The notes: generated from the letters alone by a model not told the origin. DNA of 38,735 nt from an uncultured Syntrophaceae bacterium (GCA_964641715.1 CAZXMB010000003.1:1-38735), one strand, 5' to 3'. Positions 16,498 through 24,913 are shown, numbered from the stretch's first letter. Program-made: numbers and translations.

Positions 16498-18297
16498 TCA
16501 TCGCTTCTTCGCTATGGGGCCTCTCCGTTTTGCTGTCTCTTCTTCATCCACAACAAGTGTCTGGGGATCAATTACCACCCCATAATCCTCTTTCGCCTTC
16601 TCAATGGAAACGAAGCCATTGCGGACATCTTTCAGAACCTTTTCTATGGGTCTTTTCAATGGGTCGCCGTATCCTCCGCCACCTCCTGCAATCTCATGGA
16701 AGACGGCTCCCTTTGGGATACCTCTGATCACATCCTTCGATTTAGGAGAATGGATGCGACCATCTGGATAGATCAAATCGAGTTTATTCAATGCTCCCTC
16801 TTTCCCCCCAAATAAACCAAAAGCCCTTGCCTCCTCATCCACTCCATCTCCAAAGACAATTCCGGTCACCTCTTCACCGTAGATTTTGAAGATCGTCTCC
16901 ACACCGAGCCCACCCCGCCACTGACCTGCCCCTGCGGAGTCGGTTACATATTCGTGTTTCAGAAGGAGATGAGGGGTGGTGAGTTCGAACATCTCCGGAT
17001 CCTGGGCGAGGATGCCTCCAGCACAATTGATCAGGCCGATATGGTCATACCCATCCACTCCATAGGTTGCTCCAGAACCTCCTTTCAGGGCATTGAAGAG
17101 GATATCCACATAGGGCGCATTCTTTCTCGGATCTTTCCCGGAAATGGCAAAGGCGAGCATCCGATTCCATCCAGCGGTCACCCTTTCAGGCAGTGCCTTT
17201 GAGAGAGCCTTGAGGATGGCATCGGCATGGGGACCGGTGATACTGTTTCCAAAGGTGGAGGCTCCTGGGAATTTCACATTAAGGAAAGTCCCTTCAGGAA
17301 TGTGGATATGAATCGGCCGCATCATCCCATCATTATGTGGCATATCCGGGTTGACCAACATGAGAAAGGTTAATGTGATGGCTGAGACGCTTGCTGCATA
17401 AGGGGCATTGACAAATCCTTCTGTTTGTGGGTCCGTTCCAGTGTAGTCGAAATAGATATTGCTTCCCTTGATCTTAATCGTTAGAGAGATTTTGAATTTT
17501 GAACCTTCATGGAAACCATCGTAGTAAACGTAACTCTCTGCCTGATAGATCCCATCAGGAATCGCCTCGATCTCTTTCTTCATCATCTTCTCTGTGGAAT
17601 TGAAGAGATACTCGATATGAGATTCAAAAACCTCCCTTCCATAGCGATCCAGTAAGGAGAGGATGCCCCTCTCCCCCACCACACATCCTCCCATCTCTGC
17701 CCGAATGTCCTCCTCCACAATGGTGTATCGAATATTTGAGAAGATGAGATTCCAGACATCCTTTCTAAATTGGCCCTTCTCATAAATCTTTACAGGAGGT
17801 ATTCTTAATCCTTCTTGCCAGACCTCTCTTGCCTGGGGATTGTATCCCCCTGAGACAGCCCCTCCTACATCTGCCTGATGGCCCTTACAAGCTGCCCAAG
17901 CGACCAGATTGCCTTTATAAAAGATGGGTTTAAAGACGGCGATGTCCGAGAGCTGATTTCCACGTGTAAAGACATCATTATGGAGGATTACATCTCCGGG
18001 AGAAATCTCCTCTCCAAAGTATTCCACGATGTACTGGCAGACAGGCTGAAGGGCGAAGGCGAGGACAGGGATATATTCTGTTTGTTCAAGCATCCGGCCT
18101 CTGGCATCATAGAGGCCCGTGACAAAATCCCTGGCCTCATTCAGGATGGGTGAGCGGGTTGTTCTCAGGAGCGTCAACCCCATCTCCTCGGTGATCGATT
18201 TAAACCTCCGCTGCAGAACCGATACAAGAATCTTATCTATCTTTTGTCCCTTTGACGGATGCTTCTTTTTTTTCACTTTCACCTTTTCACCTTTCAC
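16498..18297 (-). CDS. Hydantoinase B/oxoprolinase family subunit (HyuB/OplB-like)
   Basis: ITEEMGLTLLRTTRSPILNEARDF, NDVFTRGNQLSDI, GGGGYGDPLKRP; 599 aa. The GTG start overlaps the upstream stop by 11 nt, so the exact start is uncertain. Confidence 0.88.
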   Translation of the reverse strand: MKGEKVKVKKKKHPSKGQKIDKILVSVLQRRFKSITEEMGLTLLRTTRSPILNEARDFVTGLYDARGRMLEQTEYIPVLAFALQPVCQYIVEYFGEEISPGDVILHNDVFTRGNQLSDIAVFKPIFYKGNLVAWAACKGHQADVGGAVSGGYNPQAREVWQEGLRIPPVKIYEKGQFRKDVWNLIFSNIRYTIVEEDIRAEMGGCVVGERGILSLLDRYGREVFESHIEYLFNSTEKMMKKEIEAIPDGIYQAESYVYYDGFHEGSKFKISLTIKIKGSNIYFDYTGTDPQTEGFVNAPYAASVSAITLTFLMLVNPDMPHNDGMMRPIHIHIPEGTFLNVKFPGASTFGNSITGPHADAILKALSKALPERVTAGWNRMLAFAISGKDPRKNAPYVDILFNALKGGSGATYGVDGYDHIGLINCAGGILAQDPEMFELTTPHLLLKHEYVTDSAGAGQWRGGLGVETIFKIYGEEVTGIVFGDGVDEEARAFGLFGGKEGALNKLDLIYPDGRIHSPKSKDVIRGIPKGAVFHEIAGGGGGYGDPLKRPIEKVLKDVRNGFVSIEKAKEDYGVVIDPQTLVVDEEETAKRRGPIAKKR

Positions 18298-19666
18298 CTT
18301 TTACTATTTCTATTAGCTTCACTTTTCCGGTAGCCCCTGTTTCGATGGAGATCGAATCAGGTGGAACGAGTTCGATCTCTGGGTTGACCCTGAGGTTGTC
18401 TTTCATATACTTTTTTATCTCTTCCTTCAGGGCCTCTTTCTCCTCCTGTTTTACACTCCATCCATATTCCAGGAGCAATTTTAAGGGGGGCTTCACCAGT
18501 GGTCCGGGTTGGTCGAGCAGAATCTTGAAGACGCCGGTGGTCTTCGGGTGAAATCGGGCAATGGCATCCTTAATCGCAGAGGGATAGATATTCACCCCTT
18601 TGACAATAAGCATATCATCTCCACGGCCCAGAATTTGGAATCGAATTCCAGGGAAACCGCATTCACAGGGCTTAGTAAAGATCTGGAGGATATCGCCAAG
18701 GAGATATCGAAGAAAAGGTCCTCCTTCCCAATCGATGAACGTGAAGACCATCTCGCCAATGGCGCCATCGACCATCTCCATTGGTTTTTTTGTCTCAGGG
18801 TCGATCAATTCAAGGATGCAGTGATCCGGAGAGATGAAGTGCATTCCCCGATATTCTTCATCTCCACAACATATTCCGTGAAAGGCATGACCTCCTCCGG
18901 TATGGTCGAAGATCCTCGCACGAAACCCTTTACGAAGCCTCTCCCGAATGGCTGGAATCCCGCCTCCAGGCTCTGCCGCACAGAGAAACCATTGTATCCC
19001 AAGTTCACTCGCCTCTTTTCCTATGAGGGAGGGAGCTTTCTCAATCAGGTATTCTCCGAATGAGGGTGTGGCAATGAGGGCTTGAGGTCGGGTCAGAAGG
19101 AGAAAGTCAATGATTCTCTTGGTCCCCCCTTCCACGCCGACGGGTACACAGCAGAGGCCCATGGCCTGAATCCCATCGGAGAGGGGGAGACCACCGGTGA
19201 ACATGCTGAGGGAGAGGGCCTGAAGAATGATGTGGCCCGGTCTCAGACCTACCCTCCAGTATTTCCGTGCATGCATCTCATTGACGACCTCCACATCATG
19301 TTTCGTCAAGGTATAGAGAGTTGGAACACCTGTTGTGCCTGAGGTCGAACTGATTCGTACGATTTTTTCAATGGGAGCGCAGGTGATAAGCCCATAGGGA
19401 TGACCGAAACGTTCAATGGATTCCTGCTGGATTCTCCGGTGTTCATCCTTGGTCATCAGGGGGAGTCTTTGAAAATCCTCAAAGGAGCGGATATCCTGAG
19501 GGGTGAGGCCTTCTTCCTTAAATTTTTTGCGATAAAAGATAGAATTTTCATAATCGTATTTGAGTTGCTTCTTAAGTCTCCTCCATTGGAGCCTTCTCAT
19601 CTCCTCCTCGGACATCGCCTCTATCTTCCCGTTCCAGAGTTTCCGCTCAACAAAATATTCATTCAT
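18287..19666 (-). CDS. PaaK-family adenylate-forming ligase (phenylacetate-CoA ligase / F390 synthetase-like)
   Basis: LRRLQW..LK.QL.Y.YENS.FYRKKF and SSTSGTTGVPT (AMP-binding P-loop). 459 aa, the size of the PaaK family. Confidence 0.85.
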   Translation of the reverse strand: MNEYFVERKLWNGKIEAMSEEEMRRLQWRRLKKQLKYDYENSIFYRKKFKEEGLTPQDIRSFEDFQRLPLMTKDEHRRIQQESIERFGHPYGLITCAPIEKIVRISSTSGTTGVPTLYTLTKHDVEVVNEMHARKYWRVGLRPGHIILQALSLSMFTGGLPLSDGIQAMGLCCVPVGVEGGTKRIIDFLLLTRPQALIATPSFGEYLIEKAPSLIGKEASELGIQWFLCAAEPGGGIPAIRERLRKGFRARIFDHTGGGHAFHGICCGDEEYRGMHFISPDHCILELIDPETKKPMEMVDGAIGEMVFTFIDWEGGPFLRYLLGDILQIFTKPCECGFPGIRFQILGRGDDMLIVKGVNIYPSAIKDAIARFHPKTTGVFKILLDQPGPLVKPPLKLLLEYGWSVKQEEKEALKEEIKKYMKDNLRVNPEIELVPPDSISIETGATGKVKLIEIVKGER

Positions 19667-20069
19667 CTTTTGCTTCGACCTCTAAGATCTCGATTCTCTC
19701 TTCTGAGGAATGGGGAGGGATGAAGAAGGCGATCCTTCCATGGGCCCCTTTTCGAGGGAAACCTTCGATCAGTTTAAAACCGTTCTCCAAGAGCCTTTTC
19801 ATAACATCGTCCAATCCTTCCACCTCATAACAGATATGATTTACTCCTAACCGATCCCCTCGAAGAGCCTTCACCATAGGAAGTTCAGGATTTTCATAAT
19901 GAAGGAGCTCGATCTCGATCTGGCCTATTTTGAAGATGCCGATCTTCAACTGGACATCCGGGATCTCAACAGTTTTATCAAGTTCCATCCCAAGGACTCT
20001 GGAATAGAGGGTCAATGCCTCTTTAAAATCTCTGACCACAATTCCAATGTGGTTTATTTTTTCAAACAT
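19659..20069 (-). CDS. VOC-superfamily protein, methylmalonyl-CoA epimerase-like
   Basis: INHIGIVVRDFKEAL..LG, IELLHYENP, GVNHICYEVEGLDD. 136 aa. Overlaps the ligase start by 8 nt. Confidence 0.8.
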   Translation of the reverse strand: MFEKINHIGIVVRDFKEALTLYSRVLGMELDKTVEIPDVQLKIGIFKIGQIEIELLHYENPELPMVKALRGDRLGVNHICYEVEGLDDVMKRLLENGFKLIEGFPRKGAHGRIAFFIPPHSSEERIEILEVEAKDE

Positions 20070-20073
20070 CTCT

Positions 20074-21390
20074 TCATCCTTTTCGCATCAAACCGGGTAG
20101 ATAGAGGGCGATCTCTGGAAAGATCATGATGGTGATCAATGTCAATGCCTCGCATAGAACAAATGGAAGCGTGGAGCGGATGATGATCGCCATCGGAGTC
20201 GTGGGTTGCATCCCTTTCATCACAAAGAGTTGTAGACCAAAGGGAGGAGTGAGATTCCCCATGTCCATATTGATAAGAGTCATGGCAGCCACCCATAAGG
20301 GGTTGAAGCCCAGGGCCTTGATCACCGGCATATAGATGGGAACCGCAATGACCGCTATGGAGAGATTGTCCATAAAAAAGCCGAGAAAGAGGAGGGTCAC
20401 CTGCATACAGATCAGAACCAATATGGGAGGCAGTTCCAGTTTGACCACAGCCTGGATGAGACCGCTGCTTGCACCCGAGAAGGCAAGTATCTGGCTGAAG
20501 ACCATCGATGCCATGATGATGATGAACATGAAAGTGGTCATCTTGACCGTTCCGAATAGACACCTTCTAAATACTTCCCAATTCATCCCTCCATAAAAGG
20601 CGGATAGAAGAATTGAGCCGATGGCGCCCATGGCCGCTGCCTCGGAGGGTGTCGCCATCCCCAAGAAGATGATTCCTACCACTAAAAAGATGATGAGCCC
20701 AAGAGGAAGCACATAAATTGTTGTCTCTTTTAATTTCCTGGTTAAGTGGATTGGAGGAATATCATAGGGAGGAGCGATCTCTGGCTGGATCCAGCATCGG
20801 GTCACGATATAGATAGCATAAAAGGAGGCAAGCAGAAGGCCTGGGAGAATCCCAGCGATCAGCATTCCGCCTACGGAGACTTCAATCAATGTGGCCAAAA
20901 TGACAGCTAAAATACTGGGAGGGATCAACATGGCAAGGGCACCGCTTCCCATGATGGGACCAATGCTCATGACCTTTTGATAGCCCCGGCGCTCCATTTC
21001 TGGAATTAATAAAGAACCCAGCATGGAAGTATTAGCAATGGTAGAACCACTTGTGGCAGCGAAGACCGTTCCGGAGGCGACCGCAAGAAGTCCCAATCTG
21101 CCGGGAACCCGGCCGATCCAATAATCCAGGGCATCAATGGCACGAAGGGCCATCTTAGAGTGGAACATCACCTCACCCATCAGGATAAACATGGGGACCG
21201 TAAGGAGACTAAAGGAGGTAAGGCTTTCTTCAAGATTAAGAATCAATAGCTTACATCCGGAGACTCCTCCCATAAATGCCAGGGTTCCGATGAGGTTGGC
21301 AAAGAGAAAAGAGATCCCCACAGGTAAACCCATAAACATGAGGAAAACAGTCCCGCCGATGAGCGATAATAAGGCTATCCACCATTCCAT
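20074..21390 (-). CDS. dctM: TRAP transporter large permease subunit
   Basis: 438-aa polytopic membrane protein with typical DctM blocks (FMGLPVGISF, ATSGSTIANT, PPFGLQLFV). Confidence 0.9.
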   Translation of the reverse strand: MEWWIALLSLIGGTVFLMFMGLPVGISFLFANLIGTLAFMGGVSGCKLLILNLEESLTSFSLLTVPMFILMGEVMFHSKMALRAIDALDYWIGRVPGRLGLLAVASGTVFAATSGSTIANTSMLGSLLIPEMERRGYQKVMSIGPIMGSGALAMLIPPSILAVILATLIEVSVGGMLIAGILPGLLLASFYAIYIVTRCWIQPEIAPPYDIPPIHLTRKLKETTIYVLPLGLIIFLVVGIIFLGMATPSEAAAMGAIGSILLSAFYGGMNWEVFRRCLFGTVKMTTFMFIIIMASMVFSQILAFSGASSGLIQAVVKLELPPILVLICMQVTLLFLGFFMDNLSIAVIAVPIYMPVIKALGFNPLWVAAMTLINMDMGNLTPPFGLQLFVMKGMQPTTPMAIIIRSTLPFVLCEALTLITIMIFPEIALYLPGLMRKG

Positions 21391-21407
21391 CTATCTGTTC
21401 TCCAGGA

Positions 21408-21887
21408 TTAACTCTTCAATTTTTGGTAGTAACCGATCATCTGTTTAAAAAATTGAATCGTAAAAAAGAACCCTCCAATCGGGATGATCATTAAGATGAG
21501 GAACATGGGTGTTTTTAAGGACTCTAAGGCGGGGACTCCCCTTTTAAAGTAATCCCATGTGACCTGCCCCCCAAACCAGGTGTAGGTGAGCATCACCATC
21601 CCACCCACAAAGGAAGTAATAACATTGAGCCTCTTTCTGGTTCGTTCACTGAAATGGTTGATCAATATATCGACACGGATATGACCTTCTTCCTTCAATA
21701 CAAGGGCAGCCCCTAAGAAAGGGATGTAGAGCATGATATATTCTGTAATTTCCAACATCCAGTGGATGGGTCGGTTAAAACAGTATCGCAGGATAACGTC
21801 TATACAGGTTCCGACCGTCGAAAATACCAGAAGGCCTCCTGCTACCCAGAAGAGAATGACCAGAATTTGATCAAATATCTTTCCCAT
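21408..21887 (-). CDS. dctQ: TRAP transporter small permease subunit
   Basis: Four-TM protein between dctP and dctM. ATG at 21887 is preferred over the GTG at 21926, because the GTG lies inside the intercistronic hairpin. Confidence 0.8.
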   Translation of the reverse strand: MGKIFDQILVILFWVAGGLLVFSTVGTCIDVILRYCFNRPIHWMLEITEYIMLYIPFLGAALVLKEEGHIRVDILINHFSERTRKRLNVITSFVGGMVMLTYTWFGGQVTWDYFKRGVPALESLKTPMFLILMIIPIGGFFFTIQFFKQMIGYYQKLKS

Positions 21888-21918
21888 CCTTTTCCTCGTC
21901 TGCCCCAGCTCCTCCTTA

Positions 21919-21955
21919 CCCCTCACCCCTTCTGCAATAAAGAAGGAGTGAGGGG
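21919..21955 (-). promoter_or_regulatory. Intercistronic stem-loop between dctP and dctQ
   Basis: CCCCTCACCCCTTCT-GCAATAA-AGAAGGAGTGAGGGG: 14 bp with one mismatch and a 7-nt loop. Confidence 0.6.
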
Positions 21956-21968
21956 GTGAAGTTCAAAA

Positions 21969-22940
21969 TTATGGGCTTAAAAGTTTCTTCAATTTTGGAC
22001 CGAGTTCCGGAGCTTTTTTGAAGACTTCATCCCAACCTGCTTTATAGGCAAGGTCAACATACCATTTCGTATCCTCAGAGCTGAATTTGATAAATTTCAT
22101 TCCTTTTGCCTGCATCCCTTTTAATTCTTTTTCTCCAAGTTCTTCATAAACCTTTGTAAATTTCGCTTCATTCTCAATCATGAGGTCGGACATCAACTTC
22201 TGCATTGGTTTTGGAAGTTTATTCCAGGTATCCAGGTTAATCAGGGTCTCGAGGTTCATCGAATAGAGTTTTGGTTCAACGATAAATTTACATACCTCTG
22301 GCCATCCCATCGAGATATTACCCAAAACTGACCAGGCATAACCATCCACCACTCCGCGCTCAAGAGCAGTATAGACTTCTGATCCAGGCAGTGTGATGGG
22401 AACAGCCCCCAAAGCCCTCACAAAGGGTTCGTAGGTGGCTGAGGTACGAATCTTCTGGCCGGCCATTTCTTGAGGTCGTTTAACAGATTTATTGGTAAAG
22501 ATATGGAACCAGACACCATGTTCTGGTCTGCCCAGATAAAAGAGATTTTGTTTCTTTAGGAGATCGGATCTTAAATCGTAATATCCGCTCTTCCGCTCTT
22601 TTGGTGGAGTCAAGCGACTCAGGTGGGTATAGGCGGCTCCGGTAACCGCGCCCCCGTAGTAGGCCTCGCATCCGAAAATAATATCCACCACCCCTGTTCG
22701 GGCCGCCTCAAATTGCTTAAAGGCAGGGATAGCCTCAGGTCCTCCCACAAACTTGATCACCACTTCGCCCTTAGATTTTTTATTGACTTCTTCCACAAAG
22801 GCCCACCAGGCGGTGAGATTGATATCATCCTTTGGAAGAAAGGTGGCCATTTTAAGTTCCACTGCCTCAAGGGGAGCGTTAAAAACACCAATGGTAAAGA
22901 TCATCATGATAATCAATAGGCTTATTATTATCTTCTTCAT
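21969..22940 (-). CDS. dctP: TRAP transporter substrate-binding protein (DctP family)
   Basis: Signal peptide and DctP-like fold blocks (LKMATFLPKD, WFHIFTNK, TSATYEPF). GGAGGAGG RBS. Confidence 0.9.
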   Translation of the reverse strand: MKKIIISLLIIMMIFTIGVFNAPLEAVELKMATFLPKDDINLTAWWAFVEEVNKKSKGEVVIKFVGGPEAIPAFKQFEAARTGVVDIIFGCEAYYGGAVTGAAYTHLSRLTPPKERKSGYYDLRSDLLKKQNLFYLGRPEHGVWFHIFTNKSVKRPQEMAGQKIRTSATYEPFVRALGAVPITLPGSEVYTALERGVVDGYAWSVLGNISMGWPEVCKFIVEPKLYSMNLETLINLDTWNKLPKPMQKLMSDLMIENEAKFTKVYEELGEKELKGMQAKGMKFIKFSSEDTKWYVDLAYKAGWDEVFKKAPELGPKLKKLLSP

Positions 22941-23048
22941 GATCCTCCTCCTTTCGAATTGATCAGAAATGATTTTTATATTTATTAATTAATCCTCTTG
23001 CCATCCTTTTAAAACGAATTAAATCTCACCTCCTTTTCTATTAAAATC

Positions 23049-23267
23049 TCATTCTCCCTTAGCTAAAAGGGCAGTGATGAAAGAAACACCCCTCTGGGCC
23101 CAACCTTTCACCGCATCCGTCAGGGGTTCCAACATTGGGCTGGTCTTCACCCCAAAAGGGATATGGGAAGATTTCGCCACTGCCTCAATAATCTTAAAAC
23201 TGGAGCTTAAACTTTTTTCGAGATCGCCTTTCATGGTGGGTGAAGAGAATGGGTATAGATTCACCAT
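23049..23267 (-). pseudogene. Possible remnant of a dihydroorotate/dihydropyrimidine dehydrogenase-like TIM-barrel gene
   Basis: 72-aa ORF whose ATG overlaps the gntR stop (TAATG). NLYPFSSPTMKG..IIEAVAKSSHIPFGVKTSPML..AVKGWAQRGVSFIT resembles the N(L)SCPN...PV.VKLSP...aGadgi block of DHOD/DPD-type enzymes, but covers only about a quarter of such a protein. Confidence 0.25.
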
Positions 23268-23953
23268 TACAACTTGATGTTTCCCTTTTCTATTTCAGAG
23301 AGGATGACCTCTTTACCCACTCGGATATGTTCCTGGACCAGTTTTTTAAGCAGATCGATATCCTTCCTTTTGATGGCATTGATCATCCTCATATGGTGTT
23401 CAATGGAAATCCTTGCCTTTTCCGGAACCCTGAGGATAGCTGACCGATATTGGAAGATTTGATCCCTCAGCCCTTTAATGATGAAAAGGAGCCTATCGTT
23501 TTTTGAAAGTTGGTTCAGGTAGTCATGAAACTCAGTATTCAAAGTACTCACTTTATTCAATTTATTCTTCAGGATATATTGTTCCGATTCCTTAATGTTT
23601 TTTTCTAACCAATGGATATCTTCTTTCTGGACATGACTCATGGCCAGGCCTACAGCATAACTTTCTAAAAGACCTCTAATATCGAAGATCTCTTCTATAT
23701 CCTTTTTTGTAAATCGACTGACGATGAAACCTCCCTTCAGCAAACGACTGACGAAGCCCTCCTGTTCCAGTTTTAAAAGGGCCTCTCGAATGGGGGTGGG
23801 ACTGGCTCCGATCTCCTGAAGAAGACGCCCAATGGAGAGCCTTTCCCCGGGAGACATTTCACCAGTGAGGATTGCCTCTTTAATGGAGAGATAGACTTCA
23901 TCCCTGAGAACAGGTTTGGCGAAGACCTTTAGCTTTTGAAGAGAATTCAGCAT
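23267..23953 (-). CDS. GntR-family transcriptional regulator with FCD ligand domain
   Basis: N-terminal wHTH (GERLSIGRLLQEIGASPTPIREALLKLEQEGFV) plus a helical FCD-type C-terminal domain. First gene of the minus-strand operon. Confidence 0.9.
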   Translation of the reverse strand: MLNSLQKLKVFAKPVLRDEVYLSIKEAILTGEMSPGERLSIGRLLQEIGASPTPIREALLKLEQEGFVSRLLKGGFIVSRFTKKDIEEIFDIRGLLESYAVGLAMSHVQKEDIHWLEKNIKESEQYILKNKLNKVSTLNTEFHDYLNQLSKNDRLLFIIKGLRDQIFQYRSAILRVPEKARISIEHHMRMINAIKRKDIDLLKKLVQEHIRVGKEVILSEIEKGNIKL

Positions 23954-23981
23954 ATGGTATACTAAATATCATATACCATAT
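23952..23981. promoter_or_regulatory. Putative GntR operator (10-bp inverted repeat)
   Basis: ATATGGTATA-N10-TATACCATAT, a perfect inverted repeat. It overlaps the gntR start codon and contains a GT..AC core of the type bound by FadR/GntR regulators. Confidence 0.45.
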
Positions 23982-24132
23982 TTTGTCAAGGATTTTTTGG
24001 AAGCCTCAAATACTTCAGTTACGAAGGGCAAGATTCGCACGGAAGATTGATTCATCCTATCAAGTGTCTTTCCTCTTGTATGGAGAGCAACTTTCTCATA
24101 TAATAAATATTAAAAAGGAGGGATGTCGTTTG

Positions 24133-24585
24133 ATGGAAGGGAGGGCGAAACCGGCGACTCCCATTCAAAATCTTGTGGTGGCCAAATACCGCGATGGAAG
24201 AATGGTCAAAGGGATCACCTATAATTTTGGTGTGGACAAGAAGGCTTTTCATGTCCTTCCGTTAGATATGCTGGAGGAAAGCGGGAGAAAGGGGATTGAG
24301 ATCATTATCTCTGAGCTCAAGGCTATTTTCTTTGTAAAATCCCTGGAGGGGAGGAAAGGACCTCCGAGTCTGGAAGGATTATTGAAGGAGGAGGAAGAGG
24401 ATCAAGCCGGTTTGACCAAGATGAAGATCACTTTTTTCGATGGTGAGGTGTTAACGGGGACGACCCTTGGGTATTCCCGAACAAGGGAGGGGTTCTTTAT
24501 TGTGCCCCTGGAGAAGGAAAGCAATAATTTGAGGATATATGTGGTTTTCAATGCGGTCAAGGAGATTGAGACCCTGAAGGGATAA
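24133..24585 (+). CDS. Hypothetical protein with two tandem beta-rich (Sm-like?) modules
   Basis: ORF 23983..24585; the real start is probably ATG 24133, 11 nt after AAGGAGG. Internal duplication: VVAKYRDGRMVKGITYNFGVDKKAFHVLPLD versus MKITFFDGEVLTGTTLGYSRTREGFFIVPLE. Confidence 0.6.
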   Translation: MEGRAKPATPIQNLVVAKYRDGRMVKGITYNFGVDKKAFHVLPLDMLEESGRKGIEIIISELKAIFFVKSLEGRKGPPSLEGLLKEEEEDQAGLTKMKITFFDGEVLTGTTLGYSRTREGFFIVPLEKESNNLRIYVVFNAVKEIETLKG

Positions 24586-24611
24586 GGAGGAAGTCTGGAG
24601 GTTTCCTATCT

Positions 24612-24851
24612 ATGGAGATTGAGGTAAAACTCTTTGCCACATTGAGAGATTATCTCCCGAAGGGAAGTGGCCGGTTTTCATGCAAGATGAAGATCGATGA
24701 CCATACCCGGATTCAGGATATATTGACGAAACTCAAAATCCCCAGAGAGATACCGAAGATTATTCTGGTCAATGGCGTCCATGGAAAAGAAGATCAGATT
24801 CTGAAGGAAGGAGATGTCCTCTCCATCTTCCCCCCGGTCGCAGGGGGTTGA
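24612..24851 (+). CDS. MoaD/ThiS-family ubiquitin-like sulfur-carrier protein (C-terminal GG)
   Basis: 79 aa. VKLFATLRDYLP..VNGV..LKEGDVLSIFPPVAGG ends in Gly-Gly. Confidence 0.8.
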   Translation: MEIEVKLFATLRDYLPKGSGRFSCKMKIDDHTRIQDILTKLKIPREIPKIILVNGVHGKEDQILKEGDVLSIFPPVAGG

Positions 24852-24860
24852 TCAAAAATA

Positions 24861-24913
24861 CCAAATTCCAAGAACCAATCACCAAATAAGCACCAATTTT
24901 CCAATAACCAAAC
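24861..24913. repeat. Solo arm of the CAAATTC(C/G)AAGCAC(C/G)AA repeat family
   Basis: About 40 of 52 positions are identical to 37218-37269 by manual alignment. It lies between convergent genes. Confidence 0.5.

Noticed and set aside
16056-16727. Long antisense ORFs inside strong genes: 16056..16727 (+), 18509..19063 (+), 26029..26547 (+), 27668..28402 (-), 30410..31123 (-), 14063..14530 (-), 1507..1932 (-).
   Set aside because: Each lies entirely opposite a gene with unmistakable family motifs. Their translations are low-complexity (rich in R, S, G, P), with no motifs or RBS. This is typical shadow-ORF behaviour.
23983-24132. N-terminal 50-aa extension of ORF 23983..24585 given by the track.
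   Set aside because: The extension (MSRIFWKPQILQLRRARFARK...) is not protein-like and overlaps the promoter/operator region. A strong AAGGAGG precedes the internal ATG at 24133.
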